This document shows positions 62,315 to 64,000 of a stretch of 64,000 nt of DNA, one piece after another. The notes below the pieces were generated by a model, which saw only the letters and a program-made list of their open reading frames with translations, was not told the DNA's origin and ran no database searches. Origin of the DNA: Selaginella moellendorffii (taxonomy: Eukaryota > Plantae > Lycopodiophyta); the NCBI RefSeq assembly GCF_000143415.4, contig NW_003314300.1, positions 104,908-168,907 of the forward strand. The letters run 5' to 3'. The first letter of the stretch is position 1; each line of letters opens with the position of its first letter. The position numbers were made by a program, and so were the translations under genes.

Positions 62315-64000
62315 ATGGGGCATCCTGGGAGGACGCTGGAAATCCCGGTCCAGTCCGGCAAGGACACTTCTTCGTGCGCTCCCTGCGAGAGTGAGATCCA
62401 GGTGAGTCGATCGCAATCGCAATCCAAGCGCTTGCATTCATTCCTTGAAATCTTGGCTCCAGATCACACGGATCGGTGGAAATGGAACGCGGCCGCCGCA
62501 GAAGCCGTGCTGTTCTTCGTGCTCCTCCGCCGGGTATGAGATTCCACCCCCGACTCCCGCTCCCTACAACAGGGCGCTGCCTAACGATGTGGAATTTCCA
62601 CTCCCGGAGCCCGTCCCTCGGCTGGATCTCATGAGCGCGCGCCCGACGCCAAACAAGAACACCGTCTATGAGATTCCTCCGACGCCGCCGGGAGCTGCGA
62701 CGCCGAGCAGCAATGCCAGCAGAGACAAATCGGTGAGAGTGAGGGAGATTTCAGTCATCTCAGCGAAGCCGCCGCACGATCTAGACCGGATTCGTGAGGA
62801 GCATCCGAGCGTTCACATCGAGGTGGAGGAGCCAAGCGACATCACAATTGGTGTGCGTAACATCTCGGTGAACGGCGGGAAAGATGAGAAAGGCAAGGAG
62901 ACAAACAGAGATGGCTACGAGGAGAAGGAAGCTCCTGCCGAGCAGATGGGCTCGCCACCTTTGATGGCTTCGGAGAATTCGCTCATCGATTTCTCGCTCT
63001 TTCTGCTCAAGAATGCGAGATCTCGCGAGAAAGTCCGGCGGTCACTAGCCAAAGATCTGAACGAGAAGAAGGGGGCTGCTGAACCCGAGGAAGATCTGGA
63101 AGGCTTGCTTCGCAAATGGGAAGCCGCGCAGCTGGAAGAAGCTGCGGCTGCTAGAGCCAAGGAAGAAGAGCTGCTTCGTGCTTCTCCCGCGGTGCCGATG
63201 TTTCCCGGGATCAAGGAGCTGCCTTTGCTAAACTACATCAACGCGGAGGGGAAGATCGAGCCTCAGTGCGACCCCAACACGGCTGTCAGTGCGTTTGCGG
63301 TGCTGGACAGGCTGAAGAAGGTGCAGTACATCGGCATTGCGAAGAGCCTCCGGAACAGTATGAGGAAGATAATGGGGAGAAAGCCCGGCTTTTGCTACTA
63401 CTACAAAGTTTATCACTTGCCCAACGTGGAGAGCTTCCCAAAGCCGAACTATGTCAAGCAAAGGGTACGTTTCTACTGGTTTTTTTGCACAGATTTAAGA
63501 AGATTTAACCGGGAACATGATCGTGAATTGTCAGCTGTCTGTTTGAGCGTTCGTGTGAACAGTGGATAGAAGAATTGGGATCGCCTCCACCCGGGAATGC
63601 GGACGAGACGCAGAGAAAGCAATGGGAGCAGCCTGCCGAGGTTTCTGTGGGTGCAGTTATGGACAGGGGATCCGTTTTAGCGGCGGCAATCGAGAAAGCT
63701 AAAGGACTTATCCAAATTATGGTCAGGAGAGGTCTCAAAGAGGAGGTACGTAGTTGGCTCTATTTTTCTTTTCCAGAATAGATCACATTCTCTATGTTTT
63801 ATTCAGATGATATATGATCCTGCACTGATGGAGTTGGGACGGTGTGATGTTTTGGAGGTATGCTATCCTGTATCTCTTTAGTTGCTGATTCTGTAAGTGT
63901 AGACCACTACTCCGGCGGACGCTCCCAAAGGGAAGCACACAGTGGTTACAACGCCGTATGGTGGAACAGTTGATTACTTTATCTGCTACCACGATAAATC
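62315..64000 (+). CDS. Protein with GIY-YIG-like domain of the GRXS16 N-terminal type; continues beyond the window
   Basis: AFAVLDRLKKVQYIGIAKSLRNSM..CYYYKV..KQR|WIEELGSPPPGN (inferred intron 63465-63562), after a long low-complexity N-terminus. Confidence 0.7.

Overview
Eukaryotic land-plant nuclear DNA, most likely a Selaginella-type lycophyte. This is inferred from ~50-nt GT-AG introns, very short intergenic spacers and a PPR gene built from tandem 31-aa motifs. Two transposon blocks (1-~21 kb and ~43-54 kb) alternate with two compact gene islands. Island 1 holds a PLS-E PPR gene, a PHT4 anion transporter, an RCC1-family (RCC2-like) gene head-to-head with UTP20, an IQD gene and an AT-rich secreted B-lectin ORF. 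Island 2 holds a 2OG-dioxygenase pseudogene, an FLZ zinc finger, an ADP/ATP carrier, two tRNA-Val(CAC), a DnaJ-like zinc finger, a FEY-like SDR and a GIY-YIG-like domain gene. The transposon blocks contain a 7.3-kb non-coding LTR element family ('family A') whose ~1.6-1.85-kb LTRs carry variable 11/12-mer and hexamer arrays, a decayed Ty3/gypsy chromovirus, a TRIM whose ~190-bp LTRs contain a 5S rRNA segment (Cassandra-like), and a decayed Helitron hosting a five-layer nest. The most novel signal is a ~220-nt module of consecutive hairpins with conserved loops and covarying stems, including two tRNA T-arm/B-box mimics. It occurs downstream of pol in the chromovirus and again, partly duplicated, in the non-coding element. 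All alignments and folds were done by eye; no database searches were run.
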